A DNA stretch of 34,069 nucleotides from a virus (Duplodnaviria > Caudoviricetes): positions 1 through 34,069 of IMG/VR virus record IMGVR_UViG_3300037420_001181; one strand, given 5' to 3'. The notes beneath the pieces were generated by a model. The model worked only from the letters and a program-made list of their open reading frames with translations, was not told where the DNA came from and searched no databases. Made by a program: the position numbers and the translations under genes. This document shows positions 7,469 to 16,824 of the stretch, one piece after another (positions within the stretch are counted from its first letter, which is position 1; the number at the start of each line of letters is the position of its first letter).

Positions 7469-8813
7469 CTACACCGAACCCGCCTATGAGCCGGCAGAGC
7501 ATCAGACGAAGCTGGATGCAGCCCTAGAGGCGGTGGAGCGTGGCGAGATCGACAGGCTGATGGTGTTCATGCCGCCGCGCCACGGAAAGAGCGAAAAGAC
7601 CAGCAAGCGTTTCCCGGCCTGGTATCTGGGGCGGAACCCGAAGCGGCAGATCATTGCCTCCAGCTACAACAGCGATCTGGCTACTGATTTCGGGCGCGAG
7701 GTCAGAAACATCATGGCTTCGCCCGAATATGGTGAAGTTTTCAGCCACGTTGGTTTGAGGCAGGACAGCCGCGCGGCTGATCGGATGAATACCGATCAGG
7801 GAGGGGCCTACTTCGCCTGCGGTGTCGGCACGGCAACGACCGGGCGCGGCGCGCACCTTGGGTTGATTGATGATCCGTTCAAGGATCGCGAGGACGCAGA
7901 CAGCGAGATTCAGCGCGAAAAGGTGTGGCGCTGGTATCGCTCGACCTTCTTCACGCGGTTGATGCCTGGCGGCGCGATTGTTCTGGTGCAGACGCGCTGG
8001 CACGAAGATGACCTGGCTGGACGGTTGCTGGAATTGCAGGGCCGCAAGGAAGATGGCGGCGAATGGACTGTCCTCGATCTTCCCGCTCTGGACGTGGATG
8101 GACGAGCTCTCTGGCCTGAATGGTACGACGAAACGGCGCTGGAGCGGATCAGGTCAACGATCGGCCCGCGGGAATGGTCGGCGTTGTACCAACAGAGGCC
8201 ACAACCGGACGAAGGCACGTTCTTTCAGCGCGACTGGTTCAAGGAGTGGGAGAAGAAGCCAGCCCTCCGCTACTACGGAACCAGCGACTACGCGGTCACG
8301 GACGGAGATGGCGATTTCACGGTTCACCGGGTCTGGGGCGTAGATCCAGAAGGGTGCATTTACCGTGTCGATGGTTGGAGAGGCCAGGCGACTTCGGATG
8401 TGTGGATCGAAGAGAAGCTGAACCTCGTCGACAAGTACAAGCCACTGGCTTGGTTCGGCGAAGGCGGCGTTATTCAGAAGGCGGTTGAGCCGGCACTGAC
8501 CCGACGGATGCGCGAACGCAAGAGCTTTTGCCGGTTGGTGTGGCTGCCCAGCGTCCATGACAAGCCGACGCGAGCCAGAAGCTTCCAGGCGATGGCAGCG
8601 AGCGGCAGGGTGTATTTCGAAAAAGGCGCGGACATCAGCGAGTTCCTGAGCTTCCCCGCCGGAAAGCATGACGACGATGTTGACACAGCCTCGCTGATTG
8701 GGCGGGCGATTGACCAGGCGCATCCGGCGATCATTCATCCGCAAGTACCGGCTAAGAATCCCCCAGATCTGTGGGGCCGCAAGAAGGAGGGCGAGTCATG
8801 GAAGGTTGTCTAA
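7347..8813 (+). CDS. terL: Terminase large subunit (true start uncertain, within the terS 3' end)
   Basis: Walker A MPPRHGKS, TGRGA, Walker B LIDDP, QTRWHEDD, nuclease FPAGKHDDDVD. Confidence 0.95.
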   Translation: MTLAATAPMNSTRLKSLSQRVPTLREIRAERARRSLGAFTSYTEPAYEPAEHQTKLDAALEAVERGEIDRLMVFMPPRHGKSEKTSKRFPAWYLGRNPKRQIIASSYNSDLATDFGREVRNIMASPEYGEVFSHVGLRQDSRAADRMNTDQGGAYFACGVGTATTGRGAHLGLIDDPFKDREDADSEIQREKVWRWYRSTFFTRLMPGGAIVLVQTRWHEDDLAGRLLELQGRKEDGGEWTVLDLPALDVDGRALWPEWYDETALERIRSTIGPREWSALYQQRPQPDEGTFFQRDWFKEWEKKPALRYYGTSDYAVTDGDGDFTVHRVWGVDPEGCIYRVDGWRGQATSDVWIEEKLNLVDKYKPLAWFGEGGVIQKAVEPALTRRMRERKSFCRLVWLPSVHDKPTRARSFQAMAASGRVYFEKGADISEFLSFPAGKHDDDVDTASLIGRAIDQAHPAIIHPQVPAKNPPDLWGRKKEGESWKVV

Positions 8814-8962
8814 ACCATCCTCGCCTGATCGAGGCGGTTGAGGACGATGGGATGATCTACGTCCGCCTTTCGCCAAAGCCGGGATATCGGCGACAGCAGT
8901 TGTTTGCCGCGAGGGGCGAAGACCGCTTTTCGCTGGTCGCAGAGTGGCTGAAACATGCCTGA
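8798..8962 (+). CDS. Small hypothetical protein (54 aa)
   Basis: SD AGGAGG before ATG 8798; bridges terL and the portal gene. Confidence 0.55.
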   Translation: MEGCLNHPRLIEAVEDDGMIYVRLSPKPGYRRQQLFAARGEDRFSLVAEWLKHA

Positions 8963-10802
8963 GGAAACCTCCCTCGCCGACTATAAGAAGATGTTCGCGG
9001 ACGCCCGCGATCTGCTTGCCGAGAACCGCAAAGAGCAGCAGATCGACGACGACTATTACCACGGCTATCAACTGACCCCGGAAGAGCGGAGGATACTCCA
9101 GAAGCGCAAGCAGCCGGACACGGTGTTCAACCGCTATAGGAAGAGCATCAACGGCACGTTGGGAGTTCTCCAGAGCGGCGAGACCGATCCCCGCGCTTAC
9201 GGACGCAATCCCGGCGTTGATGAGGATGCCGCGGACGTGGTGTCCAAGACTCTTCGGTTCGTGGCGGACCTCAACGACTTCCACGAGCTGCGCCTACGCT
9301 GCGCCTATGACTATCTCGTTCCTGGAACCTGTGCGGCTCTGGTCGAGGTCGGGGACGACAATCGACCGAAGCTGACCCAGATCCGCTGGGAAGAGTTCTT
9401 TCACGATCCCCGCTCGCGGATGTGGGACTTCTCCGATGCTCGCTACATGGGCGTCGCCAAGTGGATGTACGCCGATGACCTCACGCGGATGTATCCCGGC
9501 AAGGCGAAGGAGATCGAGGACGCGTTAGGGTCAACCGGGCCGATCACGATTGACGACACGTTCGGAGACAGGCCGCGAGACAGCCTTTCGAACTGGATCG
9601 ATGCCCGCAAGCGCCGTTTGATGGTGGTCGAGATTTACCATCGCGAGGGCCAGGGCTGGAACCGCTGTGTGTTCCATGCCGGGGGCATTTTGGAGGCTGG
9701 CCCAAGCCCCTACGTTGACCAGAAGAAACAGACCGAGTGCGCGATCGTCGCCCAGTCCTGCTATGTGGACCGGGAAAACAACCGGATGGGTGTCGGGCGG
9801 GATCTCAGAACCCCGCAGGATGAGTTCAACAAGCGCCGTTCGAAGCTTCTCCACGAGACCAGCAATCGGCAGATGCAGGCCATGCCCAACGAAATGGGGC
9901 AAATGGCTCTGTCAACCGACGCGGATCAGGTGCGGGCCGAAGCGGCAAGGCCGGACGGGATCATTCCTCCAGGCTGGATGCCGGTTCAACGGGCAGATAT
10001 CTTCACCGGTCAGGTCAATCTGTTGCAGATGGCCGAAGCCGAGCTGGATCGGCAGGGTCCGAACCCGGCTATTCTTGCAAGGTCGGCGTCCTCGGCTTCC
10101 GGCAGATCAAAGCAGGTCGATCAGCAGGCCGGGCTGACCGAAGATGCAATTGTTTACAAGGGCATTCACGCGTGGGAAATGCGGATGTACCGCGCAATGT
10201 GGAACCGCTGCCGCCAATATTGGACCGCTCCCGATTATATCCGTGTTACCGACGACATGCAGGCACCGCAGTTCATCGGCATCAATCAACCTCAAATGGG
10301 GACGCAGATCGGCCGCAATCCGCAGACTGGAATGCCTGAGATTCAGCAGGTGGTGCTGGGCTATGAAAACCAGCTGGCCGAGTTGGATGTGGATATCATT
10401 CTCGACGTTGTGCCGGACACTGCCGCGCTTGCGGATGAGCAGTTCCAGGCATTGACCGAACTGGCAAAGCTCTACGGCCCACAGGAAGTACCGTTCGACG
10501 ATCTTCTGGAGGTCTCGAGCATCCCCAACAAGCGCGAGCTGATCGAGAAGCGGAAGGCGAGAGCCGATCAGGCCGCGCAGCAGGGCGGACAGGGCCAGCA
10601 GATGCAATTGGCCGGCGCCATGCAGGAGATCCGCGAGAAAGCGGCCTCTGCCTCGCTCAAGGAAGCGCAGACCGAGAAAACGCAGGCCGAGACGCAGAAG
10701 ATCGGCGTCGAAACCCAGAACGAAGCTGTGAGACCGCATCTGGAGGCGGTCAGGGACGGCTTCCGAATGGGACAGTCAGCGGGCGGGAACGAAGCCGCCT
10801 AG
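8955..10802 (+). CDS. Portal protein (P22-like, C-terminal coiled-coil barrel)
   Basis: 615 aa after TerL; DDDYYHGYQLT, DPRSRMWDFSDARY, PQDEFNKRRSK; Q/A/E-rich tail. Confidence 0.92.
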   Translation: MPEETSLADYKKMFADARDLLAENRKEQQIDDDYYHGYQLTPEERRILQKRKQPDTVFNRYRKSINGTLGVLQSGETDPRAYGRNPGVDEDAADVVSKTLRFVADLNDFHELRLRCAYDYLVPGTCAALVEVGDDNRPKLTQIRWEEFFHDPRSRMWDFSDARYMGVAKWMYADDLTRMYPGKAKEIEDALGSTGPITIDDTFGDRPRDSLSNWIDARKRRLMVVEIYHREGQGWNRCVFHAGGILEAGPSPYVDQKKQTECAIVAQSCYVDRENNRMGVGRDLRTPQDEFNKRRSKLLHETSNRQMQAMPNEMGQMALSTDADQVRAEAARPDGIIPPGWMPVQRADIFTGQVNLLQMAEAELDRQGPNPAILARSASSASGRSKQVDQQAGLTEDAIVYKGIHAWEMRMYRAMWNRCRQYWTAPDYIRVTDDMQAPQFIGINQPQMGTQIGRNPQTGMPEIQQVVLGYENQLAELDVDIILDVVPDTAALADEQFQALTELAKLYGPQEVPFDDLLEVSSIPNKRELIEKRKARADQAAQQGGQGQQMQLAGAMQEIREKAASASLKEAQTEKTQAETQKIGVETQNEAVRPHLEAVRDGFRMGQSAGGNEAA

Positions 10803-10943
10803 CGGTTCTCCGTCATAATCGCACCAAACGAGAGATTCCTTGCCGTTCCAGCCCATTCGCCGGGCGGCGCTCACAGCGCGACATTGAATGCCGAGCGGCT
10901 CGAAAAGCTGCCGCTGTTTTCGTTTCGCCTGAACGATGAACAT
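10776..10943 (-). CDS. Antisense small protein (55 aa), candidate leaderless moron
   Basis: MFIVQAKRKQRQLFEPLGIQCRAVSAARRMGWNGKESLVWCDYDGEPLGGFVPAR fills the portal-scaffold gap; TGcTATGGA-6nt-ATG. Confidence 0.5.
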   Translation of the reverse strand: MFIVQAKRKQRQLFEPLGIQCRAVSAARRMGWNGKESLVWCDYDGEPLGGFVPAR

Positions 10944-10962
10944 TACGCTTCCATAGCATAGG

Positions 10963-11054
10963 GGCCGCCTCCCTCAAAGGGCGCATCGCCGCTGCCGCGT
11001 AGGCAGCAACTGGCCGCCGCAGTTCGGGCGCATCGTCACTGCTACGTCAAGCAG
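10963..11054 (+). repeat. Tandem ~45-nt structured repeat in the scaffold leader
   Basis: Two units GGCCGCC-N-GGGCGCATCG(C/T)C(G/A)CTGC...GCAG at 10963-11007 and 11012-11054. Confidence 0.7.
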
Positions 11055-11064
11055 AGGGATAATC

Positions 11065-11817
11065 ATGGACAAGCTGGAGTTTTTGGAAGGCGCGGAAGCG
11101 CCGAACGAGGAAGTTGCGCCTGCGGCCCAGGAACCGGCAGCAGAGGAAAAGCCCGAACGTCCCCGCGGACCTGACGGCAAGTTCGCGCCCAAGGAGAAGG
11201 CTGAAGACGCTCCCGTAGCTCAGCCAGAACCAACACCGCAGGCTGAACCCGCACAGGAACAGCCGATGGTGCCTCTCGCGGCACTTCACGAGACCCGCGA
11301 CAAGGTACGAGACCTTGAAGCCCGTCTCGCGGCGATGCAGCCCAAGCAGCAACAGCCTCAACCGACAATCGGCCCGGCTCCCGACATGTTCGAGGACCCG
11401 GACGCCTACCAATCGTGGCAGCAGCAGCAGATCGTCAACGCGACCCTCAACCTCTCGGAAGAGATCACGAGGGAGAAGTACGGCGACGAGCTGGTGGATG
11501 CGGCGAAAGTGTGGGCCACCGAGCAATTCCAGACGCGTCCCGGCTTCGCCCAGGAAGTGCTGAGCCAGCGCAATCCCTACGGCTATGCCGTCAAGCAGTA
11601 CCAGAAGCACCAGTCGCTTTCCCAGCTGGGAGACGACCCGACAGAGATTCAAGCCTACCTCGCCTGGAAGCAGGCCCAGCAGGCTCAGCCGGCGGCACCC
11701 GCCGCCACACCTCCACCTCAGCGCCCTCCACAATCGATCGCTTCTGCTCCTTCAGCCGGAGGATTGCAGTCGCAGGCGGTCGGACCGGGGGTGGCGTTCG
11801 ATTCAATCATAAGGTAA
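11065..11817 (+). CDS. Head scaffolding protein
   Basis: Acidic P/A/Q/E-rich; RGPDGKFA and VPLAALHETRDK motifs; lies between portal and capsid. Confidence 0.88.
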   Translation: MDKLEFLEGAEAPNEEVAPAAQEPAAEEKPERPRGPDGKFAPKEKAEDAPVAQPEPTPQAEPAQEQPMVPLAALHETRDKVRDLEARLAAMQPKQQQPQPTIGPAPDMFEDPDAYQSWQQQQIVNATLNLSEEITREKYGDELVDAAKVWATEQFQTRPGFAQEVLSQRNPYGYAVKQYQKHQSLSQLGDDPTEIQAYLAWKQAQQAQPAAPAATPPPQRPPQSIASAPSAGGLQSQAVGPGVAFDSIIR

Positions 11818-11823
11818 TTCGAA

Positions 11824-12933
11824 ATGGCTGAAGTCACCCTCGCATCCGCTTCTGAAAAGCAGAAGTGGATCAGCGACTATTTCGCTGAATATGTCCGGCA
11901 GTCCGGTTTTTCCGGATACATGGGCCGGTCCAACAACTCGATCATCATTGCCAAGTACGAGCTTCAGGAAGAGGCCGGCAAGACGATCAACATCCCGCTC
12001 ATCACGCGCCTGAAGTCGGCGACCGGCGTTACCGGTTCCGGCGTTCTCGACGGCAACGAGGAAGAGCTCGGCAATTACAACTGCGCGATCTCGATCGACT
12101 GGCGCCGCAACGGCGTCCGCGTTCCGAAATCGACCAGCTTCAAGACCGAGATCGACCTTCTCAACGCCGCTCGTGACATGCTGCGGACGTGGGAAGCCGA
12201 GAAGATCCGCGACGACATCATCAAGGCGATGCTGGCCGTGGTCACGACCGGCGACACGACCGTCAACATGGCGGATTCATCGGCGACCAACCGCAACGCC
12301 TATGCCGCTGCAAACTCGGATCGTCTGCTCTTCGGCAACGCGATCTCGAACTACTCGGCGACGTGGGCCACGGCGATGGGCAACATCGATACGACCAACG
12401 ACAAGTGCAACGTCGCCCAGATGAGCCTGATGAAGCGCATTGCCAAGCTGGCGGACCCGCACATTCGGCCCTTCCGGTCGAAGGTCGGTCAGGAGTTCTT
12501 TGTCGCGTTCCACGGCTCCCGCACCTTCCGCGACCTGAAGGCGGACTCGACCATGACGCAGGCCAACCGCGATGCGCGGCCCCGCGACGTGGAAGAGAAC
12601 CCGATCTTCCAGGATGGCGACCTGATCTATGACGGCATCATCCACCGTGAAGTGCCGGAAATCGATACGGTCGCGGCCAATGGCGGCAATGCCTACACCC
12701 TGAACGGCGTGGGCGCATCGTCGGCGGATGTCCGCCCGGTGTTCCTCTGCGGCGCGCAGGCCGTGGGTATCGCCTGGGGCCAGGAGCCAACTCCGCGAAC
12801 CGACACGGCCAAGGACTATCAGTTCCGTCCAGGCGTCGCGATCGAGGAGCTTTTGGGCGTCAAGAAGCTGGCGTTCAACGGTCTCCAGCAGGGTATGGTC
12901 AGCGGCTTCTTCGCTGCGGCGGCCGACAGCTAA
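11824..12933 (+). CDS. Major capsid protein (DUF4043 / N4-gp56-like)
   Basis: 369 aa, strongly biased codons; GKTINIPLITRL, LDGNEE, NPIFQDG, FLCGAQAVGIAWG. Confidence 0.92.
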   Translation: MAEVTLASASEKQKWISDYFAEYVRQSGFSGYMGRSNNSIIIAKYELQEEAGKTINIPLITRLKSATGVTGSGVLDGNEEELGNYNCAISIDWRRNGVRVPKSTSFKTEIDLLNAARDMLRTWEAEKIRDDIIKAMLAVVTTGDTTVNMADSSATNRNAYAAANSDRLLFGNAISNYSATWATAMGNIDTTNDKCNVAQMSLMKRIAKLADPHIRPFRSKVGQEFFVAFHGSRTFRDLKADSTMTQANRDARPRDVEENPIFQDGDLIYDGIIHREVPEIDTVAANGGNAYTLNGVGASSADVRPVFLCGAQAVGIAWGQEPTPRTDTAKDYQFRPGVAIEELLGVKKLAFNGLQQGMVSGFFAAAADS

Positions 12934-12941
12934 GGAGATGA

Positions 12942-13064
12942 ATGATGCCTGAGATCGGCTCTGGCGATCCGAGCGACCCGCTGTTTCAGCAGGCTCTCGG
13001 CTTCACTCCCAAGGCGAAAGCTCCCGCAAAGCCCAAGGCGAAGCGGAAGCCCAAGCGGAAATAA
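12942..13064 (+). CDS. Small Lys/Pro-rich basic protein (40 aa)
   Basis: SD AAGGAG; MMPEIGSGDPSDPLFQQALGFTPKAKAPAKPKAKRKPKRK. Confidence 0.7.
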   Translation: MMPEIGSGDPSDPLFQQALGFTPKAKAPAKPKAKRKPKRK

Positions 13065-13073
13065 CCATCATCG

Positions 13074-13106
13074 AGTGAGCGGCCTCTTCGGGGGCCGTTC
13101 GCTTTT
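13074..13106 (+). terminator. Intrinsic terminator after the capsid genes
   Basis: AGTGAGCGGCCTC-TTCG-GGGGCCGTTCGCT stem followed by a T run. Confidence 0.8.
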
Positions 13107-13117
13107 GGAGATACGAA

Positions 13118-13555
13118 ATGGCGACTTACTCTTCCTCACAGGTGACGAACAGCATTCCGCTGTCGCACCACGGCCTTGGCAGCAACGTCAAGGTCGCATT
13201 TGCGGACATCAACTGCACTGCCGCGCCCTCGACTTCCGACACGATCAACTTCTTCGATCTGCCGGCAGGAGCGCGGGTTATCCTCGCCGTCCTCGAATCG
13301 GACGACATGGACACCAACGGCACCCCGACGCTCACTATCAACGTGGGCGATGCTGGCTCGGCGACGCGGTACTTCTCCGCTTCGACCGTGGGCCAGGCCG
13401 GAACCCTGTCAACGGCCATTGCCGTGGCCGGAGCCGGTTACTCGAACACGGCGAAAACCCGTGTGGTCGGCGTAGCGGGCAACAATGCCGCGACCGGCGC
13501 TGCCGGGCACCTCTACCTGACGATGTTCTACGTCATCGAGGGTGTGGCGTCCTAA
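13118..13555 (+). CDS. Virion structural protein (capsid decoration-like)
   Basis: SD GGAG; beta-rich; DTINFFDLPAGARV and TLTINVGD patterns typical of post-capsid proteins. Confidence 0.75.
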   Translation: MATYSSSQVTNSIPLSHHGLGSNVKVAFADINCTAAPSTSDTINFFDLPAGARVILAVLESDDMDTNGTPTLTINVGDAGSATRYFSASTVGQAGTLSTAIAVAGAGYSNTAKTRVVGVAGNNAATGAAGHLYLTMFYVIEGVAS

Positions 13556-13560
13556 TGATC

Positions 13561-13596
13561 GGCGGGGGCCTGTGAATGGCTCCCGCCCTTCCTTTC
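13561..13596 (+). terminator. Probable terminator hairpin
   Basis: GGCGGGGGCC-7nt-GGCTCCCGCC followed by CTTCCTTT. Confidence 0.55.
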
Positions 13597-13609
13597 GGGG
13601 AGGGTGTTG

Positions 13610-14188
13610 ATGGCAACATGCCTCGATGTAATCACCTATGCCATGCGCGCGCTTGCGCTGCTTGCCTCGGGAGAAACGCCGAGCTCGCAGGAAAGCGAGG
13701 ACGGGCTTGTCGCCCTCCAGTCCTTCTATGACGAGATTGTCATGTCCGGCATGTTCGGGCGGCTAGAGGACATCTATCTCACCGCTGACGATACTGCGGA
13801 AGAAGGAAAGCGCTACTTTCTCGCGGCCGGGATCACGCTAACCGAACCGACGATCATTCTCGCTGCCGACACGGACGACGGCGAAGACCGACAGCCAAGG
13901 GACCTTTCCCTTTACGAGAGCCTGACCGACACGGGAACGCTTTCCCGGCGCCTATATGATCGGACGGGCTGGGTCGATCTGCTGGATCTGAGCCTGACCG
14001 ACGTGGCTCCGCTGTCCGGCAGGGGCGCTATGGGCCTTGCTGCCGCCGTGGCCTGTTCCGGAGGCTTCTCGGACATGTTTGGGGCTGAACCTGGCCCTGC
14101 TCTTCTCGCTCGTTCTCAGCGGTTCCTGTCCAGCCTCTCGCACAAGCTCGGATCGACGCGTGACCGTCTCGCGGCGGAGTATATGTGA
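13610..14188 (+). CDS. Head-tail adaptor (P22 gp4-like)
   Basis: MATCLDVITYAMRALALLASGETPSSQESEDGLVALQ N-terminus; position after the head genes. Confidence 0.75.
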   Translation: MATCLDVITYAMRALALLASGETPSSQESEDGLVALQSFYDEIVMSGMFGRLEDIYLTADDTAEEGKRYFLAAGITLTEPTIILAADTDDGEDRQPRDLSLYESLTDTGTLSRRLYDRTGWVDLLDLSLTDVAPLSGRGAMGLAAAVACSGGFSDMFGAEPGPALLARSQRFLSSLSHKLGSTRDRLAAEYM

Positions 14189-15553
14189 GTGCCGTCCATT
14201 TCCTACGGCGCCAGCGCCTACAAACGAACCAACGGCAACCTCCCGCCGCTCACGCTCATCAACATGTTTCTGGAACAGGCCAAGACCTCCGAACAGAGCG
14301 TCTGCCTGCTCTCCCGCGAAGGGCTGGTTGAGTCCTCGGCGGTCGGATCAGGCCCGATCAACGGCATCTTCTCAAAGCAGGGCTGCTTCAGCGGCGACCT
14401 GTTCATTGTTTCCAACAACACGCTTTACCGGGAAACTACTTCGTTAGGGGCCATCACCGGTTCGGGACCGGTATCGATCGACGGTTCCGACAATGAGGTG
14501 GTCGTTACCAGAGGGGGCACAGCCTACAGCTACAACGGCACCACTCTGGCGGCGATCACATTCCCCGATTCCGCCGATGTGCGGGCGGTGTGCTTCATCA
14601 ACGGTCGGTTCGTGTTCGTTCGTGATGGTTCGGCCAAATTTTACTGGTCCGACATTCTCGACGGCCGGACAGTAGATGCGCTCAATTTCGCCACTGCGGA
14701 AAGGCAACCGGATCAACTATACGACGTGAAGGCGAGGGGAGATATCCTCTGGCTTCTCGGGCAATCGACAATCGAAGCCTGGAGCAATGACGGGTCGGAC
14801 GCGGATATACCCTTTTCGCGGATTGAGCAGGTGGTGTTCGATGTCGGGACGATCGACACGGGATGCACCTCCCTTGCCGACAACACCATTTTCACCATCG
14901 GCCACGATGGAGTTCTGTACCGCACCGGAGAGGTCCCGCAGCGGGTTTCGGATCATTCGATCGAGGAACGAATCCTCAGCTCGATTTCACAAAAACTGTT
15001 CACATTCAAATATCAGGGTCATGAATTTCTCGCTATAAGGCTAGACAATGAAACCCTGCTCTATGATTGCGCGACGCAGGAATTTTGTGAGTTTCAGTCC
15101 AGCCAGGGTAACTGGATCGTCCAATGCGCGGCAATGGTTGGCGATTTGGCCTATTTCGGCCACGCTTCAACTAATCAGGTGCTTTTGTTCGATGGCTGGG
15201 ACGATCTGGGAAGCGAATTAGAGCGCCGCTTCTCAGCCGCACAGCAGTTGGATGCTCCCACGGTCATCAACAACGCTCGCCTATGGTGCAATGCCGGGCA
15301 TACGGAGGTGCTGGGTTCAGATCCGCAGGTTGAGCTGCGTTATTCTCGGGATGCCGGAAACAGTTTCAGCAATTGGGATGGAGCGAGGCTGGGCGATACC
15401 GGCGAGTTCCGAACTGTTCCGACCTGGAGAAGGCTGGGCCAGTTCGATTTTCCCGGCCTGCTGATGGAGTTTCGAGTCACCGATCCGGTTCCGTTCCGGG
15501 TCAGTGCGGTGAAGGCCAACGAATTTACCGGCGGGCGGTCAAGGAATGGCTAA
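14189..15553 (+). CDS. Tail hub / packaged-DNA stabilisation protein (P22 gp10-like)
   Basis: 454 aa beta-rich; LNFATAERQPD, LRYSRDAGNSFS, WRRLGQF. Confidence 0.88.
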   Translation: MPSISYGASAYKRTNGNLPPLTLINMFLEQAKTSEQSVCLLSREGLVESSAVGSGPINGIFSKQGCFSGDLFIVSNNTLYRETTSLGAITGSGPVSIDGSDNEVVVTRGGTAYSYNGTTLAAITFPDSADVRAVCFINGRFVFVRDGSAKFYWSDILDGRTVDALNFATAERQPDQLYDVKARGDILWLLGQSTIEAWSNDGSDADIPFSRIEQVVFDVGTIDTGCTSLADNTIFTIGHDGVLYRTGEVPQRVSDHSIEERILSSISQKLFTFKYQGHEFLAIRLDNETLLYDCATQEFCEFQSSQGNWIVQCAAMVGDLAYFGHASTNQVLLFDGWDDLGSELERRFSAAQQLDAPTVINNARLWCNAGHTEVLGSDPQVELRYSRDAGNSFSNWDGARLGDTGEFRTVPTWRRLGQFDFPGLLMEFRVTDPVPFRVSAVKANEFTGGRSRNG

Positions 15554-16409
15554 GCTTCTCGACCGGCTGACGGGGCAGAACTCGTCGGGGGTCGCGTTCC
15601 GTAAGCTGTGGCAGAAGAATTGCGAGCTGATCGAGGCTCAGTTCGCGGATATCTTTCTTGCTCTCGCTTCGGTTTCCGAAGTCGCTCCGATCACCATTGA
15701 CGCGGATTATACCGGTGCCGTCAGTCCCGCCGATCAATTGCCCTACGAGGTCGCGATCAAGCGCTTCAATGGGGATACGGACGTTACCACGCTCACGGCT
15801 TGGTCACTGGTTGCCGACGCGGGGATTACGGCCTCGATCGGGGCATCAACCGGGGTCCTGTCGATCACCGCAGTCACAGCTTCGGGCACAATCACGGTTT
15901 CGAGCCTCTACAACGGGATCACCAAGACAAGACTGGTCCCAGTCACATTGACCATCGCAGCACCGCCTTCGACCGGTTCCGGCGGAGGTGGATCGACATC
16001 TTCCGACACAACGTTCAATTCGATTAGTTCGGCCACTCACGCAGCGATTTCTGACGAGCTCACGGTCACCGTAGGGTCATCGGGGACAGTAACGCTCAAC
16101 GCGGCCGGCCTGACCGTGAGGACCGCCAAGAACACCACCGGCACCTTCCCGGTGTACGGGATATGGAGATGGTGGAACGGTGCTTCATGGGCCGATGTCG
16201 GGACCGAGGTTCAGAGCAGCCCGGATTGCGTGCTCGATTACGATTCAGAGACCGGGATTTATTTCTTCAGCCCAACCGGAAGCCTGACGGTCAACACATC
16301 GAAAACCGGACTTGGGGTCGGTAGCAGCCAGAAGTTCCAGCTTTATGCCCGTAATTCGTCGGGAACGCGAACCATGACCTTCACCGGGACGGCTTCGGCG
16401 ATCCCGTGA
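15546..16409 (+). CDS. Tail needle/fibre-like protein (gp26 position) with C-terminal beta domains
   Basis: Helical N-terminus followed by S/T/G-rich beta domains; between the gp10-like and GNAT-like genes. Confidence 0.65.
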   Translation: MAKLLDRLTGQNSSGVAFRKLWQKNCELIEAQFADIFLALASVSEVAPITIDADYTGAVSPADQLPYEVAIKRFNGDTDVTTLTAWSLVADAGITASIGASTGVLSITAVTASGTITVSSLYNGITKTRLVPVTLTIAAPPSTGSGGGGSTSSDTTFNSISSATHAAISDELTVTVGSSGTVTLNAAGLTVRTAKNTTGTFPVYGIWRWWNGASWADVGTEVQSSPDCVLDYDSETGIYFFSPTGSLTVNTSKTGLGVGSSQKFQLYARNSSGTRTMTFTGTASAIP

Positions 16410-16822
16410 GGCTGGCGACCGCTGAAGATATCGAGGCGGTCAACAGGATCATCAACGACCCTTCGGTTCGGCCCACGATCGGCGGCGAAGGCTATCTCGA
16501 CAGCTCGGCGCTCATCACTGATCGGAGAAACAGGATCATCTTCGATGAGCGGGGCGGGGCCTGTTTTGCCTGGCGGGGTCCGGGGATTTTCGAGGGCCAC
16601 AGCTTCTTTCTCGTGAGGGGCAGGGAGGCCTTGTCAGCAGGGCGAGAGGCTATTTCCCTGCTCGATTACCGGATGATCTGGGGCCTGACCCCTACGAAGA
16701 ACGGGAACGCCGATTGGTTCAGGTCTGTGCGGTGGTTCAACCGCCAGCTGGGCTTCAAATCTCATGGAATGATCGACACGCCAGACCAGGGGCGCTGCGA
16801 ACTCTTTGTGTTGGAGAATTAG
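16406..16822 (+). CDS. GNAT-fold virion assembly protein (P22 gp14/DUF2824-like)
   Basis: FEGHSFFLVRGR and FNRQLGFKSHG GNAT-like motifs; conserved position before the ejection genes. Confidence 0.7.
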   Translation: MRLATAEDIEAVNRIINDPSVRPTIGGEGYLDSSALITDRRNRIIFDERGGACFAWRGPGIFEGHSFFLVRGREALSAGREAISLLDYRMIWGLTPTKNGNADWFRSVRWFNRQLGFKSHGMIDTPDQGRCELFVLEN

Positions 16823-16824
16823 GG

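Noticed and set aside
12900-12952. Frameshift or readthrough extension of the major capsid protein
   Set aside because: No slippery sequence at the TAA, and the downstream small ORF has its own SD.
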